From the NCBI GenBank assembly GCA_037969075.1, contig JBBKWS010000065.1, positions 1 through 43,623 of the forward strand: DNA of 43,623 nt. The letters run 5' to 3'. Below the pieces are notes generated by a model. It saw only the letters and a program-made list of their open reading frames with translations, was not told where the DNA came from and made no database searches. Numbering within the stretch: position 1 is the first letter of the stretch; the number at the start of each line of letters is the position of its first letter. The stretch is from Bdellovibrionales bacterium. GTDB taxonomy: Bacteria; Bdellovibrionota; Bdellovibrionia; Bdellovibrionales; UBA840. Of the stretch, positions 30,801 through 39,146 are shown piece by piece. The translations under genes and the position numbers were made by a program.

Positions 30801-32015
30801 AACATCCAATAATGGTTTTTCATCTGACTTCAAATACTCTTGAAATGAAACTCTTTCTTTAAAAGTAAAGTTGGTTTGCACCACATCAAAATAATCTGCC
30901 CCGTAAAACCCAGCGCAATCTAGATCTTGTGATGAGTTTGAAGAATAACTGCCAACTATAGTGAAAGATAGAATTCCTTTCTCTAAGTTTTTACGCATAT
31001 TAGTAATTTCATCTTGTCCTTTAGACGAGAAACACTGACCCGCCCCGTATAAACTTAAAGGAGATGAACTAGAAAGAACTTCATTTTTACTCCAGTCAAG
31101 TTCTGCAATAGCCTCAGGATCTCTAAAGTCAGTAGTTTCAAATTTTGGAATCGCCAAAGCTTCACCTAATTCATTTTTGTAAATAGCCTTCTTGTACTGA
31201 ACAACAGGGATAGACAATAGAACTTCTAGATCTAAGTTACTATTATCGCCTCTTTCTGTAAGCGCGTCAGCACGTACGATTTGTACGGCATCACGCTTAA
31301 AGACAAACTTTACAATTTCTAGATTGCTAGTCGCTCCAACGTAAGCATAATTGAACTCATTTGGCACATCTTGCAAAGTTCTTCTGTACAAGAACTCTTT
31401 ATTTAAAACTTGCGACTTCATTAAATTCTTTGGCGAACTGGCAATATCAATATCCTGTATTGGAATTCTAGCCTCAAGCGTAGAGTCAATTTTTACATGG
31501 GTTGCATCTGTGAAGCTAGTTTTCTCAAAACGTAGGATAGAAGTTTCTTCTCCTAAATCATTTCTTGATCTAACAAGTCGACCATACTCTGCTTTATATT
31601 TAAAAAGTGGAATACGAACTTTATCGCCATCAACAGTCGCCAATTCTCTGTCTTCTGCTGCTAGTGGATCATTGGCATTTAATATTTTTACTGCAACAAC
31701 ACTATCCGCATTTAACACATATCTAACTTCATACGACTTTGACAGTGCCCCGACAAAGCTCAGATCTCTAAACATAAACTTTAGTTTCTCTGGCCCCTCA
31801 ACCCGATTCACTCGTAAAAACGTTATCTTATCATCATCTAGATTTTGCGCGTCACTTCCGCCACCGATTTGCATTACTGCGCCAGAAATTTCTTCCTTAG
31901 AAAAAAGTCCTAACCCTGCTCCATCTGGCAGCTCTTGTGGTCGGTCTTTTGTACAAGCAACCGTAAATAGTAAACTTGCGGCCACAAAACTTTTTAGTAA
32001 AAATTGATTCATCAT
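27840..32015 (-). CDS. Large lipoprotein zinc-dependent metalloprotease (metzincin, EcxA/DUF4953-like)
   Basis: Start MMNQF at 32015 with SD GGGGGA; lipobox FTVA-C; HEIGHNLGLRHNF; Met-turn SSVMDY; GPYDVAAL..AY; FCSD..C..FD. Confidence 0.88.
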   Translation of the reverse strand: MMNQFLLKSFVAASLLFTVACTKDRPQELPDGAGLGLFSKEEISGAVMQIGGGSDAQNLDDDKITFLRVNRVEGPEKLKFMFRDLSFVGALSKSYEVRYVLNADSVVAVKILNANDPLAAEDRELATVDGDKVRIPLFKYKAEYGRLVRSRNDLGEETSILRFEKTSFTDATHVKIDSTLEARIPIQDIDIASSPKNLMKSQVLNKEFLYRRTLQDVPNEFNYAYVGATSNLEIVKFVFKRDAVQIVRADALTERGDNSNLDLEVLLSIPVVQYKKAIYKNELGEALAIPKFETTDFRDPEAIAELDWSKNEVLSSSSPLSLYGAGQCFSSKGQDEITNMRKNLEKGILSFTIVGSYSSNSSQDLDCAGFYGADYFDVVQTNFTFKERVSFQEYLKSDEKPLLDVPYTAQKLLGFGLFTFSKNNPNDLGSVGNDGSKIPLPAVFDIKNGKKIKYVLGGLPDSNITERNAIIKATQEVIDDLNKGFRQALAHSSLAREDNVIELAIEGEDVAKGELGDIDRNYIYYVQKASNAGLLGLGGSHSNPRSGRVEAGSVFLYGGNTKTYVDHLKRLARVKKSYNQIMGQVQVLGEVAAESEDADGIGGAVQDIPTGPGEQVLQSVSDDRVDPALVITNLNERINHFAPRNARHYSAGMSAVRLGTRALESTLTPDVLAILETLRDAATSGDVQNAAMVASIYNEKSLKFLGERFNRQRSKIAALAAQSRISDKVKRNLAKSNLCALDVSDANLTALVDEIAKSEDEMTDVELLVRIYKPTLAHEIGHNLGLRHNFIGSYDKANFKFNEADTSKRDYSSVMDYMTTDHMTYDGLGPYDVAALRSAYTGLLELTDEGLSRISDTKKIVAKKYIHVDDYKKELGITSWLKLNEEVLTRIPLKKYMFCSDEDAGVNPTCNRFDLGASPTEVVNNIIKEYRSTYGYRNFRLDRINFDYWNAGNYIGRLFTDFIRIRQFLEEGLYLAISGKESSEYIPHLQAAINGMQFFQSVIGAPDLLPNSTDEERFIRAETQMNLNGKLVRVSVPVELKRTEDKAAGDGTDALAVRGIEYDKIIALIALTERSFGFKRYEQVSLRTSFPEVERMVLLEEGESAADGPTMAFLKAIMQNQMPALAHNPINGQVFMLPGTLASSVTESVRAYAILGAIQFLDVNGLEEKDNLSSFFRVLSGFKVPTAKKVVHVAGLNDTLSSQTILKYFTDPSSESSKSVIDNLDALAQIHKKAKKLTPALEKWFSLQLEGRAGDDAEVVAEIGKINAELAKMPATVENKDFNTVSDLIMTVVSFAQELNAMELQVGKPGGPDAATFQTQLELRSNLVERVSKQEPLLMTMLSMMPDLSEAFGESSRVLQKNTMTRHYGLMLSNVRLLNQIFYEAHPEYKQ

Positions 32016-32025
32016 GAATATCCCC

Positions 32026-32853
32026 CTAATTAACAAATTGTAAATATGCGTATACGGCCGAACTATTTTCGTCAAAAAGACTTACGTTCGAATCGCCATT
32101 TGGTCTCAACAAGCCACCTTCGTTACTGTGTCCTACGCCAATAGTAGCGGCTGTATTTATGACGTATGCTATTTCTTGTGACCATGAGAAACTCTCCTTT
32201 TTATTATTTCTATATGTTTGCGAAATTCCGTAAATCAAACTTGTTCCAACATTCCACTTCTCTGTAAGGTCATATCCAATATCAACCCTTTCAGATAGTG
32301 CATATTCAATATTTGATTTTCCACTGGTAGCTGTCTCAAAATCGTGAAAGTTTTTAGTAAATCTTGTTCTCGCTGATGCGCTCCAGCCGATTAGGCCAAA
32401 GTCGTCAGCTTTTAGCTTTGCCGTTGCATCTATCGCAAGGCCTACATTAAGACCTTGTCGATCTTTTAACTCCTCACTAACAGGTAAAATGACTCTTGCA
32501 CTACTAGGCAGATCGATCCATTTGAATGGCAAAGCTTTGCGGCCATATATGATATTGGCACTAGAAATTTCAAATCTTTCTTCATCTTGAAACTCTTTAC
32601 TAAACTCTACTAAGGCAGATACACTGTCTTTATTTTGTAGGCTCCATTTAGGGTACAGCGTAAGACTACTACTATCAGTGTGCTTAGCACTATCGCGGTC
32701 ATACAAATTAGATGTGTAATCTAAAATAGCTGTATATTGAAATTTAGATTTTTCAGCAACAGTCGACACAGAAGTTGTTTGCACTGCACTAGTCGTATCA
32801 ATCGCAAACGAAAATTGGCCCCATGTTAAAACAACAAAGATTAAATGCACCAC
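32026..32853 (-). CDS. Putative outer-membrane beta-barrel protein
   Basis: Signal peptide ending SFA; Ser/Thr linker; alternating amphipathic strands; C-terminal VYAYLQFVN; ends 10 nt before the protease start. Confidence 0.7.
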   Translation of the reverse strand: MVHLIFVVLTWGQFSFAIDTTSAVQTTSVSTVAEKSKFQYTAILDYTSNLYDRDSAKHTDSSSLTLYPKWSLQNKDSVSALVEFSKEFQDEERFEISSANIIYGRKALPFKWIDLPSSARVILPVSEELKDRQGLNVGLAIDATAKLKADDFGLIGWSASARTRFTKNFHDFETATSGKSNIEYALSERVDIGYDLTEKWNVGTSLIYGISQTYRNNKKESFSWSQEIAYVINTAATIGVGHSNEGGLLRPNGDSNVSLFDENSSAVYAYLQFVN

Positions 32854-33155
32854 TTAGACCCCCCACTCAGCCTAGTTACAAGAACTAGACCAAAATCCCC
32901 ACTCAAATTTAATACTGAATCCAGTTACTTAGAAGTGATTTTGGTGTCAAAGCGGACTTACTGTAGTTTTTACTTATTATTAGTAGTGGCATTTTGTCCT
33001 ACTTACACTAGAAGCCCTCAGAAGATGCCTAAACTCTCCTGCTTGTGCTTACGTCTTATAGGCAGCCCAAGCGTAGCTTATAGATTTATTTACAGCTGCT
33101 ATTGACGTTTTAGCAAAAAATCACAGATTATAACTACAACAAGGAGTTTTGAATT

Positions 33156-34052
33156 ATGTCCACTCAGTTTTTCTCAGGCTTTAAGCGCTATGGGTTGCTG
33201 TTATTTGTTAATTTAGCCATGGTATTGACCATTTCAGTGGTTGTGCACGTTTTAGGGCTCAGAAGCTGGCTTACGACCCAAGGCATAGATTACAATGTGC
33301 TTTTTGGTTTTTGCTTAATTTGGGGATTTGCTGGAGCTATTATCTCCCTGCTGTTATCAAAATTTATGGCTAAAAAAATGTTCAGACTTCATATGATCAA
33401 TCCGCAAAGCACTACTCCTGTAGAGAGACAGCTTATCGACATGGTCTATAAATTATCAAGGTCTGCCGGTCTAAAAAAGATGCCTGAAATTGGAATGTAT
33501 GAATCTAATGAAATCAATGCGTTTGCTACAGGGCCAACTAGATCAAATTCTTTGGTTGCTGTATCAACGGGACTCTTACATAGGATGAATTCGGCCCAGG
33601 TAGAAGGTGTTTTAGGACACGAAGTGGCGCACATTGCCAATGGTGATATGGTTACTATGACTCTCATTCAAGGTGTGATGAATGCGTTTGTGATGTTTTT
33701 TGCAAGAATCATTGCTATGGCAATTGCTCGCGGTAACGACAGAGATAGTAACTCTGGCCCGTCATACATGATCATATTTATGTTAGAGATTTTTTTGGGT
33801 TTCCTTGCGATGATTCCGGTATCTTATTTTTCAAGATTGCGGGAGTACCGAGCTGATCAAGGTGGCGCCAGATTAGCAGGTAGAGAAAAAATGATCTCGG
33901 CACTTAAAGCCTTATCTGGCACAGAAGAAAGTGTCGACCCAACACACAAAGCTTTTGCCAGTCTAAAAATTTCTGGCCGTGGAATGATGAGATTTATGTC
34001 TACACACCCACCGCTATCTGATCGGATACGTCGACTAGAAATAGGAAGATAA
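33156..34052 (+). CDS. htpX: Membrane zinc protease HtpX (M48)
   Basis: NAFATG, VAVSTGLL, GVLGHEVAHIANGDMVT, FSRLREYRAD, STHPPL..RI; SD AAGGAG. Confidence 0.96.
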   Translation: MSTQFFSGFKRYGLLLFVNLAMVLTISVVVHVLGLRSWLTTQGIDYNVLFGFCLIWGFAGAIISLLLSKFMAKKMFRLHMINPQSTTPVERQLIDMVYKLSRSAGLKKMPEIGMYESNEINAFATGPTRSNSLVAVSTGLLHRMNSAQVEGVLGHEVAHIANGDMVTMTLIQGVMNAFVMFFARIIAMAIARGNDRDSNSGPSYMIIFMLEIFLGFLAMIPVSYFSRLREYRADQGGARLAGREKMISALKALSGTEESVDPTHKAFASLKISGRGMMRFMSTHPPLSDRIRRLEIGR

Positions 34053-34053
34053 C

Positions 34054-34083
34054 TTGCCAAATACTAAGTCTACGCCCTAAAAT
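34054..34083 (+). promoter_or_regulatory. Putative sigma-70 promoter TTGCCA-N18-TAAAAT for the ClC gene
   Basis: Near-consensus hexamers ending 9 nt before the ATG; the -10 box sits inside a 9-bp palindrome. Confidence 0.5.
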
Positions 34084-34092
34084 TGGGCGTAG

Positions 34093-35868
34093 ATGAATGA
34101 TCGATTACGTTTAAAAAGTGCTCTTAAAGAACTCTCCCATGAAATTGAGAGATTAACTGGTATTCAGATAGAACGCCTGAATGACCGCGAAATTCTTTTG
34201 CTAAATACTTTCGCAGTATTTGTTGGTGTTGCCACTGGTTACATCTCAATCGGTTTTAAATGGCTAATCTCTATTTTTCAAAATTATATTTTACAAAATC
34301 AATACAGTTTAGAGCCAACCACCTTTACCAATAACATTTTAGGAAACTGGATATACATCGTCCCGCCAATTGGTTTTTTAATCGTAGTGACTTTTACCAA
34401 ATGGTTAGCTCCGGAAGCCGGTGGACATGGGGTGCCTGAGGTCATCGAAGCTCTTGTTACAAAGGGCGGAAGAATCAGAGCAAGAATTGTTGCTGTCAAA
34501 GGTATCTCGTCTGCAATTACGATTGCGTCTGGCGGCTCTGTTGGCAAAGAAGGACCCATTGTACAAATGGGCGCTGCTGCGGGATCATTACTTGGGCAAG
34601 TATTTAGAATGCCGCCAAAAGGAATCAAAATACTATTAGCCTGCGGAGTTGCCAGTGGTATGGCCGCTTCTTTCAACACCCCTATTGCGGGCGTTATCTT
34701 TGCCATCGAGATTATTTTAAGAGAATTAAAAACTAAATCTTTTGTTCCTTTGGTTATTTCAACAGTCTTTGCCACACTTATATCTAGAATTTACCTTGGT
34801 AATGACACCGAATTCTTTGTGCCATCTTACAGCCTTGTATCACCGGTAGAAATTTTACTTTATATCGGCCTAGGGTTTTTAGCAGGATTTATCGGGGTCT
34901 TATTAACAAAAACGCTATACGGAATAGAAGATGTTTTTCACAAACTCCCCATACACTTTACGCAAAAAGCGATACTGGGCGGACTTCTACTGTCTTTGAT
35001 GGGTTACTTTTATCCGCAAGTTTTTGGAATGGGATATGAAACCATCACCCAAACCCTAAGAAGTTCTGGCGAGCTGCAAGTATTGCTTGCTCTTGTAGTT
35101 GTTAAGACACTGGCCATGGGTGTGACCCTAGCTTGCGGAGCTTCTGGTGGTATTTTTATGCCAAGCCTTTTTGTAGGAGCTGTCTTTGGTGGTGCCTATG
35201 GAATTATAGCTAGTAAATATTTTCCTGGGGCTACTACAGATTTTGGAGCTTACGCTATAGTTGGAATGGCTGCCGTATTTGCCTCAACATCTAGAGCTAC
35301 TTTTACTGCTATTGTAATCTTATTCGAAATGACTTTAGAGTACTCTATTATCCTTCCATTAATGTTAGCTTGTGTAGTTGCTGATCAAGTTGCCAATCTA
35401 ATTAGTAAAGAAACTATTTTCTCTGAGCAGTTAAAAAGAAAAAATATCGTTTTTAATCAAGGTTTAACTGTGGACACCCTTGAACATTTAACTGTCGCAA
35501 ACATGATGACAAAAAATACTTTGTTTCTTACCGAGATCTCTACAGTAAGTGAGATTGACCTATTGCTTTCCAATCATTCGCATACAATGTATCCAGTAGT
35601 AAATGACAGAAAACAAGTAACTGGCTACATCACAAAGGAAGAATTTTATAAAGTAAAAAGTAGACTCTCTGACAAAGCAACTGCGAATGACTTTAAACAA
35701 GAAATGGCTATTTGGATTTATCCCTCTGATGGGCTAGTACATGCATTAAAAGTAATCCAACAAACCAAATTTAGTCGCATGATCGTTGTTGAAAAGGAAA
35801 GTAAAAAATTAGTTGGTATTCTGAGCGGGAAAGATTTATTAAAGTTAGCACATACCACTGAAACTTAA
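34093..35868 (+). CDS. ClC-family chloride channel/H+ antiporter with C-terminal CBS domains
   Basis: GHGVPE, GKEGP, FNTPIAG..F..E, GGIFMPSL motifs; CBS pair at the C-terminus. Confidence 0.93.
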   Translation: MNDRLRLKSALKELSHEIERLTGIQIERLNDREILLLNTFAVFVGVATGYISIGFKWLISIFQNYILQNQYSLEPTTFTNNILGNWIYIVPPIGFLIVVTFTKWLAPEAGGHGVPEVIEALVTKGGRIRARIVAVKGISSAITIASGGSVGKEGPIVQMGAAAGSLLGQVFRMPPKGIKILLACGVASGMAASFNTPIAGVIFAIEIILRELKTKSFVPLVISTVFATLISRIYLGNDTEFFVPSYSLVSPVEILLYIGLGFLAGFIGVLLTKTLYGIEDVFHKLPIHFTQKAILGGLLLSLMGYFYPQVFGMGYETITQTLRSSGELQVLLALVVVKTLAMGVTLACGASGGIFMPSLFVGAVFGGAYGIIASKYFPGATTDFGAYAIVGMAAVFASTSRATFTAIVILFEMTLEYSIILPLMLACVVADQVANLISKETIFSEQLKRKNIVFNQGLTVDTLEHLTVANMMTKNTLFLTEISTVSEIDLLLSNHSHTMYPVVNDRKQVTGYITKEEFYKVKSRLSDKATANDFKQEMAIWIYPSDGLVHALKVIQQTKFSRMIVVEKESKKLVGILSGKDLLKLAHTTET

Positions 35869-35878
35869 CGGGGGATTT

Positions 35879-36217
35879 ATGTTGTTTTTAGTATTTTTAC
35901 TGTTGCCATCTTCTTTTGCTGATTACGGTCGATGTACGGCGTGGGAAAAAGACACAACATTTTATTGCTACTTTGTAGATAAGAAAGCCGAAATATGGAC
36001 AAGGGACTGCTCGCACTACTTAGATATTACCCAATTATGTACCCTTCAAAATCCAAATACATATAAAAACTCTTGTAGTACATGGGTCCCCCATCAAGGA
36101 TTCAAATGCATTATAGACGGCCGTCTTAAAAAACAGTGGTTAAGAACTTGTTCTGTTATTGGTCGCCAAACTGAGTACTGTGACGATAGGGTCGATCCTA
36201 ACGATTTAGATTTATAA
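35879..36217 (+). CDS. Small secreted cysteine-rich two-repeat protein
   Basis: SD GGGGGA; signal peptide ending SSFA; 8 Cys in two ~46-aa repeats. Confidence 0.75.
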   Translation: MLFLVFLLLPSSFADYGRCTAWEKDTTFYCYFVDKKAEIWTRDCSHYLDITQLCTLQNPNTYKNSCSTWVPHQGFKCIIDGRLKKQWLRTCSVIGRQTEYCDDRVDPNDLDL

Positions 36218-36301
36218 TATTTACATTGAAACCTATTCTCCCCTAGCTTTCATTGCTTAAAATTTGGTCCAATTCATCTTGTGTGCTATATCATTTAGCA
36301 C

Positions 36302-36781
36302 ATGAACGCCCCAAAGATCCTCTTTATCTGCCTTGGAAATATCTGTAGATCCCCTACTGCGGAAGCTGTCTTTAGAGACTACGCAGAAAAATCTAAGCTT
36401 GAAGTCACAGTTGATTCCGCAGGTACCGGTGCGTTTCATATCGGTGATCCACCTGACCCTAGATCCATTGCTTGCGCCGCCGAGCGCGGATACAAGATGT
36501 CACACCTAAAAGCTAGGCAAATCCAAATCGAAGATTTTTATATTTTTGATCATATCTTGGTAATGGATGAATCTAATCTAGCAAACACCCTAGATATTAA
36601 GCCTCCCAACAGTGAAGCAAAAGTTGAATTATTTTTAAACTATAGCACCAAGAAATTAGCAGACCAATCCGTACCAGATCCTTATTGGAGTGGCCCAGAC
36701 GGGTTTAATGTAGTCTTAGATTTAATAGAGGATGCATCTAAGCACTTAATTACATACTACAAAGACAGGCGAAAATGCTAA
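36302..36781 (+). CDS. Low molecular weight protein-tyrosine phosphatase
   Basis: CLGNICRSPTAE P-loop, DSAGT, MD..N, VPDPYW. Confidence 0.95.
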   Translation: MNAPKILFICLGNICRSPTAEAVFRDYAEKSKLEVTVDSAGTGAFHIGDPPDPRSIACAAERGYKMSHLKARQIQIEDFYIFDHILVMDESNLANTLDIKPPNSEAKVELFLNYSTKKLADQSVPDPYWSGPDGFNVVLDLIEDASKHLITYYKDRRKC

Positions 36782-37506
36782 AGCACTTATTGCCTGCATG
36801 GCTCCCATTATTACTACTAATTACCTTCTTAGGCTGCCAAAGTTTTGAGACAAAAAAACCAACTGTAAGCATAGAAGTTAACAAAAATGCTTTGGTTAAT
36901 GCTTGTCCAAAAAAAACAAAAAAAATATATGCCAACACTGAACTGACCGTTTGCGGACACGTTCTTTTAAACACATCGAAGTATATGATTATAAAAAACC
37001 TTAGTTTGCTTCAGAAAATGGACAAGCGACAATATAAGCTAGCTTTTACAGCAAAAGACTTTCAATTATTTAAATGGAGTCGCTTTAAAAAAAGTCAACT
37101 TCATGAAGTTATGCCGATTTTTTTAAACAAACGTTATAAAATATTAAATATCGCTAGCTATAGATTAAATTGCGATCAACTTAATTGCACAAGTAGCATC
37201 GACAACTGTGAGACAAAGTCGTCTGAAAATCTTTTCCCCCTTGTCTCGTACAGAATAAAATACAATTTATTTCTAAAAAATACTGTGGGTGTTCAAGTAG
37301 AAACTCAAAAAACCATTTTGCAACAACTGGTCTGGCAAGCTGTAAATGGTGATATACGAGCTAAATCTATTCTGATAAACTATAATGACTGGCTTACGGT
37401 GAAACCACACATGATTGCAAGATTTAATCACTTTAAAAAAATAGTTGAAAATAAGTCTAATAACATGTGTATAAAGAAGCACAATTTATTTGTTAATAAT
37501 TACTGA
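36775..37506 (+). CDS. Hypothetical basic lipoprotein
   Basis: Lipobox FLG-C; Lys-rich with several Cys; overlaps the end of LMW-PTP. Confidence 0.6.
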   Translation: MLKHLLPAWLPLLLLITFLGCQSFETKKPTVSIEVNKNALVNACPKKTKKIYANTELTVCGHVLLNTSKYMIIKNLSLLQKMDKRQYKLAFTAKDFQLFKWSRFKKSQLHEVMPIFLNKRYKILNIASYRLNCDQLNCTSSIDNCETKSSENLFPLVSYRIKYNLFLKNTVGVQVETQKTILQQLVWQAVNGDIRAKSILINYNDWLTVKPHMIARFNHFKKIVENKSNNMCIKKHNLFVNNY

Positions 37507-37517
37507 CTAGGACTGAA

Positions 37518-38423
37518 ATGTTACTGAACCAAATTAATCTGAACCACTTACATGTTTTTGCAGAAGTCTATAAAACAAAAAGTATGACAATCGCAGCAGA
37601 AAAATTACACCTTACTCAATCTGGCGTTAGCCAACATATCAAGGCACTTGAAGATAGTTTAAAAATAGTTTTGTTTGATAGAATCAATCAAAGAATTATC
37701 CCTACGGCCGCTGCCGCAGATTTGTATGAGCAGTGCAATTTTGGATTGGAAACTATTGAAAAAGCATTGTGGAAAATTAGAGGAGATTCAACCGAGTTAT
37801 CCGGAATCGTTAATATAGGTATGCCCATAGAGTTCGGTAATAGTTTGATTGTTCCATTACTATCTAAGTTTGGAAAAGCTCACAAAAATATTAGATTTCA
37901 AATCTATTTAGATTTTGCCAATAAACTTAATGAGATGCTGCTGGACGGTGAAATAGATTTTGCCTTTGTTGATGATTACAAAATGGATAAAAGAATTCAA
38001 ACCGAAATTATTTATACTGAGCGACTGGCCTTATGTACACATATCGACAATGTAAACACCAATACAAAGACTGATAAAAAATACTTTGAAGACCTCGATT
38101 ATGTAGATTATCAAAAAGAAGCTCCTATTCTAAATATGTGGTTTGAGCATCACCTTAAAACTAAAATAAATGTAAATGTAAGAGTTTATGTAATGGATGT
38201 TCAGGGTATTGCTAGATTTATAACTAATGGCTTCGCTGCTGGCATTTTACCTATGCACGTTATTAGAAAATTAGAATCTGAGGGTCACAAACTTCATATT
38301 TTCAAGGTACAAGAAAAAGAACTTGAAAACCATGTCAGTGTTGCATTTATTAACAATAAAACGCAAAGTCGTGCTGCTGATTTATGTCTTAAGTTTTTAC
38401 AAGATTCTCTTAGACAGAACTAA
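37518..38423 (+). CDS. LysR-family transcriptional regulator
   Basis: LNHLHVF..V....SMTIAAEKLHLTQSGVSQHIKALEDSL...LFDR HTH plus substrate-binding domain. Confidence 0.95.
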   Translation: MLLNQINLNHLHVFAEVYKTKSMTIAAEKLHLTQSGVSQHIKALEDSLKIVLFDRINQRIIPTAAAADLYEQCNFGLETIEKALWKIRGDSTELSGIVNIGMPIEFGNSLIVPLLSKFGKAHKNIRFQIYLDFANKLNEMLLDGEIDFAFVDDYKMDKRIQTEIIYTERLALCTHIDNVNTNTKTDKKYFEDLDYVDYQKEAPILNMWFEHHLKTKINVNVRVYVMDVQGIARFITNGFAAGILPMHVIRKLESEGHKLHIFKVQEKELENHVSVAFINNKTQSRAADLCLKFLQDSLRQN

Positions 38424-38426
38424 TAT

Positions 38427-39146
38427 TTATTTATGCATTAGTTCCATCATATCGAGGCCGGCATATTTTTTTATGCCTTTGGCTAGATATTGAAATATAA
38501 AAAACAAACATACTAAAGATGGGACAAGAATTACCAGGTAACCCATCCATGTCATTCTAGATATTTGCTCATTAAGAATCACAGATCTTTGGATTTCTGT
38601 TAACGTAGAGTCAATTTTTGTAAATATACTGTACGCCAGCACAAAATTTAAAATAGCGCTTAGAAAAAAAGAATATGACAAATACACATTCGTTTTTCTT
38701 AGATGTGTATAGAAACTAGTCTTAGTTTGTTTTTCTTCTAATGCTTTCTCTAGCTCATCCACTCGAAACATATTTGGATTTAAAATTAACTGTTCAACAA
38801 ATGGTTTTTTTCCGTAGAACGAATTAAAGTAAACAAACAACCCTATTAATAATGGAAAACCAGCTTCTTTAATGGCAAACCATTTTCCTTCTAGTTGTAA
38901 AAGTGCAAAGCCCCCAGTTAGTAGCGTATTTAAAAAACCCAGGATAGAAATCCAGTTGGTTTTTCTTGTTGTGTAGTATTCGTATAAAAAATATGCCGTT
39001 GGAAAAGCTAGGGCCAAAAGTAATGTGTTTAATGCTCCAAAGCTTTCTGTAAACTTGTTAAGTACAATTACAGGGATAGCAATATTAAATGCTATATTAG
39101 TAAGAGCCGCCATTGGTGATTCTTTTTTTACTTTGGTGCTATTCAA
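38427..39146 (-). CDS. Integral membrane protein (VC0807-like family)
   Basis: NIAFNIAIP, ALAFP, LTGGFALL..WFAIKEAGFP, SFFLSAILNF; about 6 TM helices. Confidence 0.75.
   Translation of the reverse strand: MNSTKVKKESPMAALTNIAFNIAIPVIVLNKFTESFGALNTLLLALAFPTAYFLYEYYTTRKTNWISILGFLNTLLTGGFALLQLEGKWFAIKEAGFPLLIGLFVYFNSFYGKKPFVEQLILNPNMFRVDELEKALEEKQTKTSFYTHLRKTNVYLSYSFFLSAILNFVLAYSIFTKIDSTLTEIQRSVILNEQISRMTWMGYLVILVPSLVCLFFIFQYLAKGIKKYAGLDMMELMHK

Noticed and set aside
31351-32007. 218-aa plus-strand ORF
   Set aside because: Antisense shadow of the metalloprotease; Ser-rich, no motifs, TTG start.
32845-33105. 86-aa ORF in the barrel-htpX spacer
   Set aside because: No SD, overlaps the divergent gene start, atypical composition; the region is more likely regulatory.
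33102-33134. TTGACG...TATAAC as the htpX promoter
   Set aside because: The 21-nt spacer is too long for a sigma-70 promoter.
34052-34093. Fluoride riboswitch upstream of the ClC gene
   Set aside because: Spacer is only 40 nt and lacks the GGNGAUGG...UGAUG core; the protein lacks the CLC-F signature motifs.
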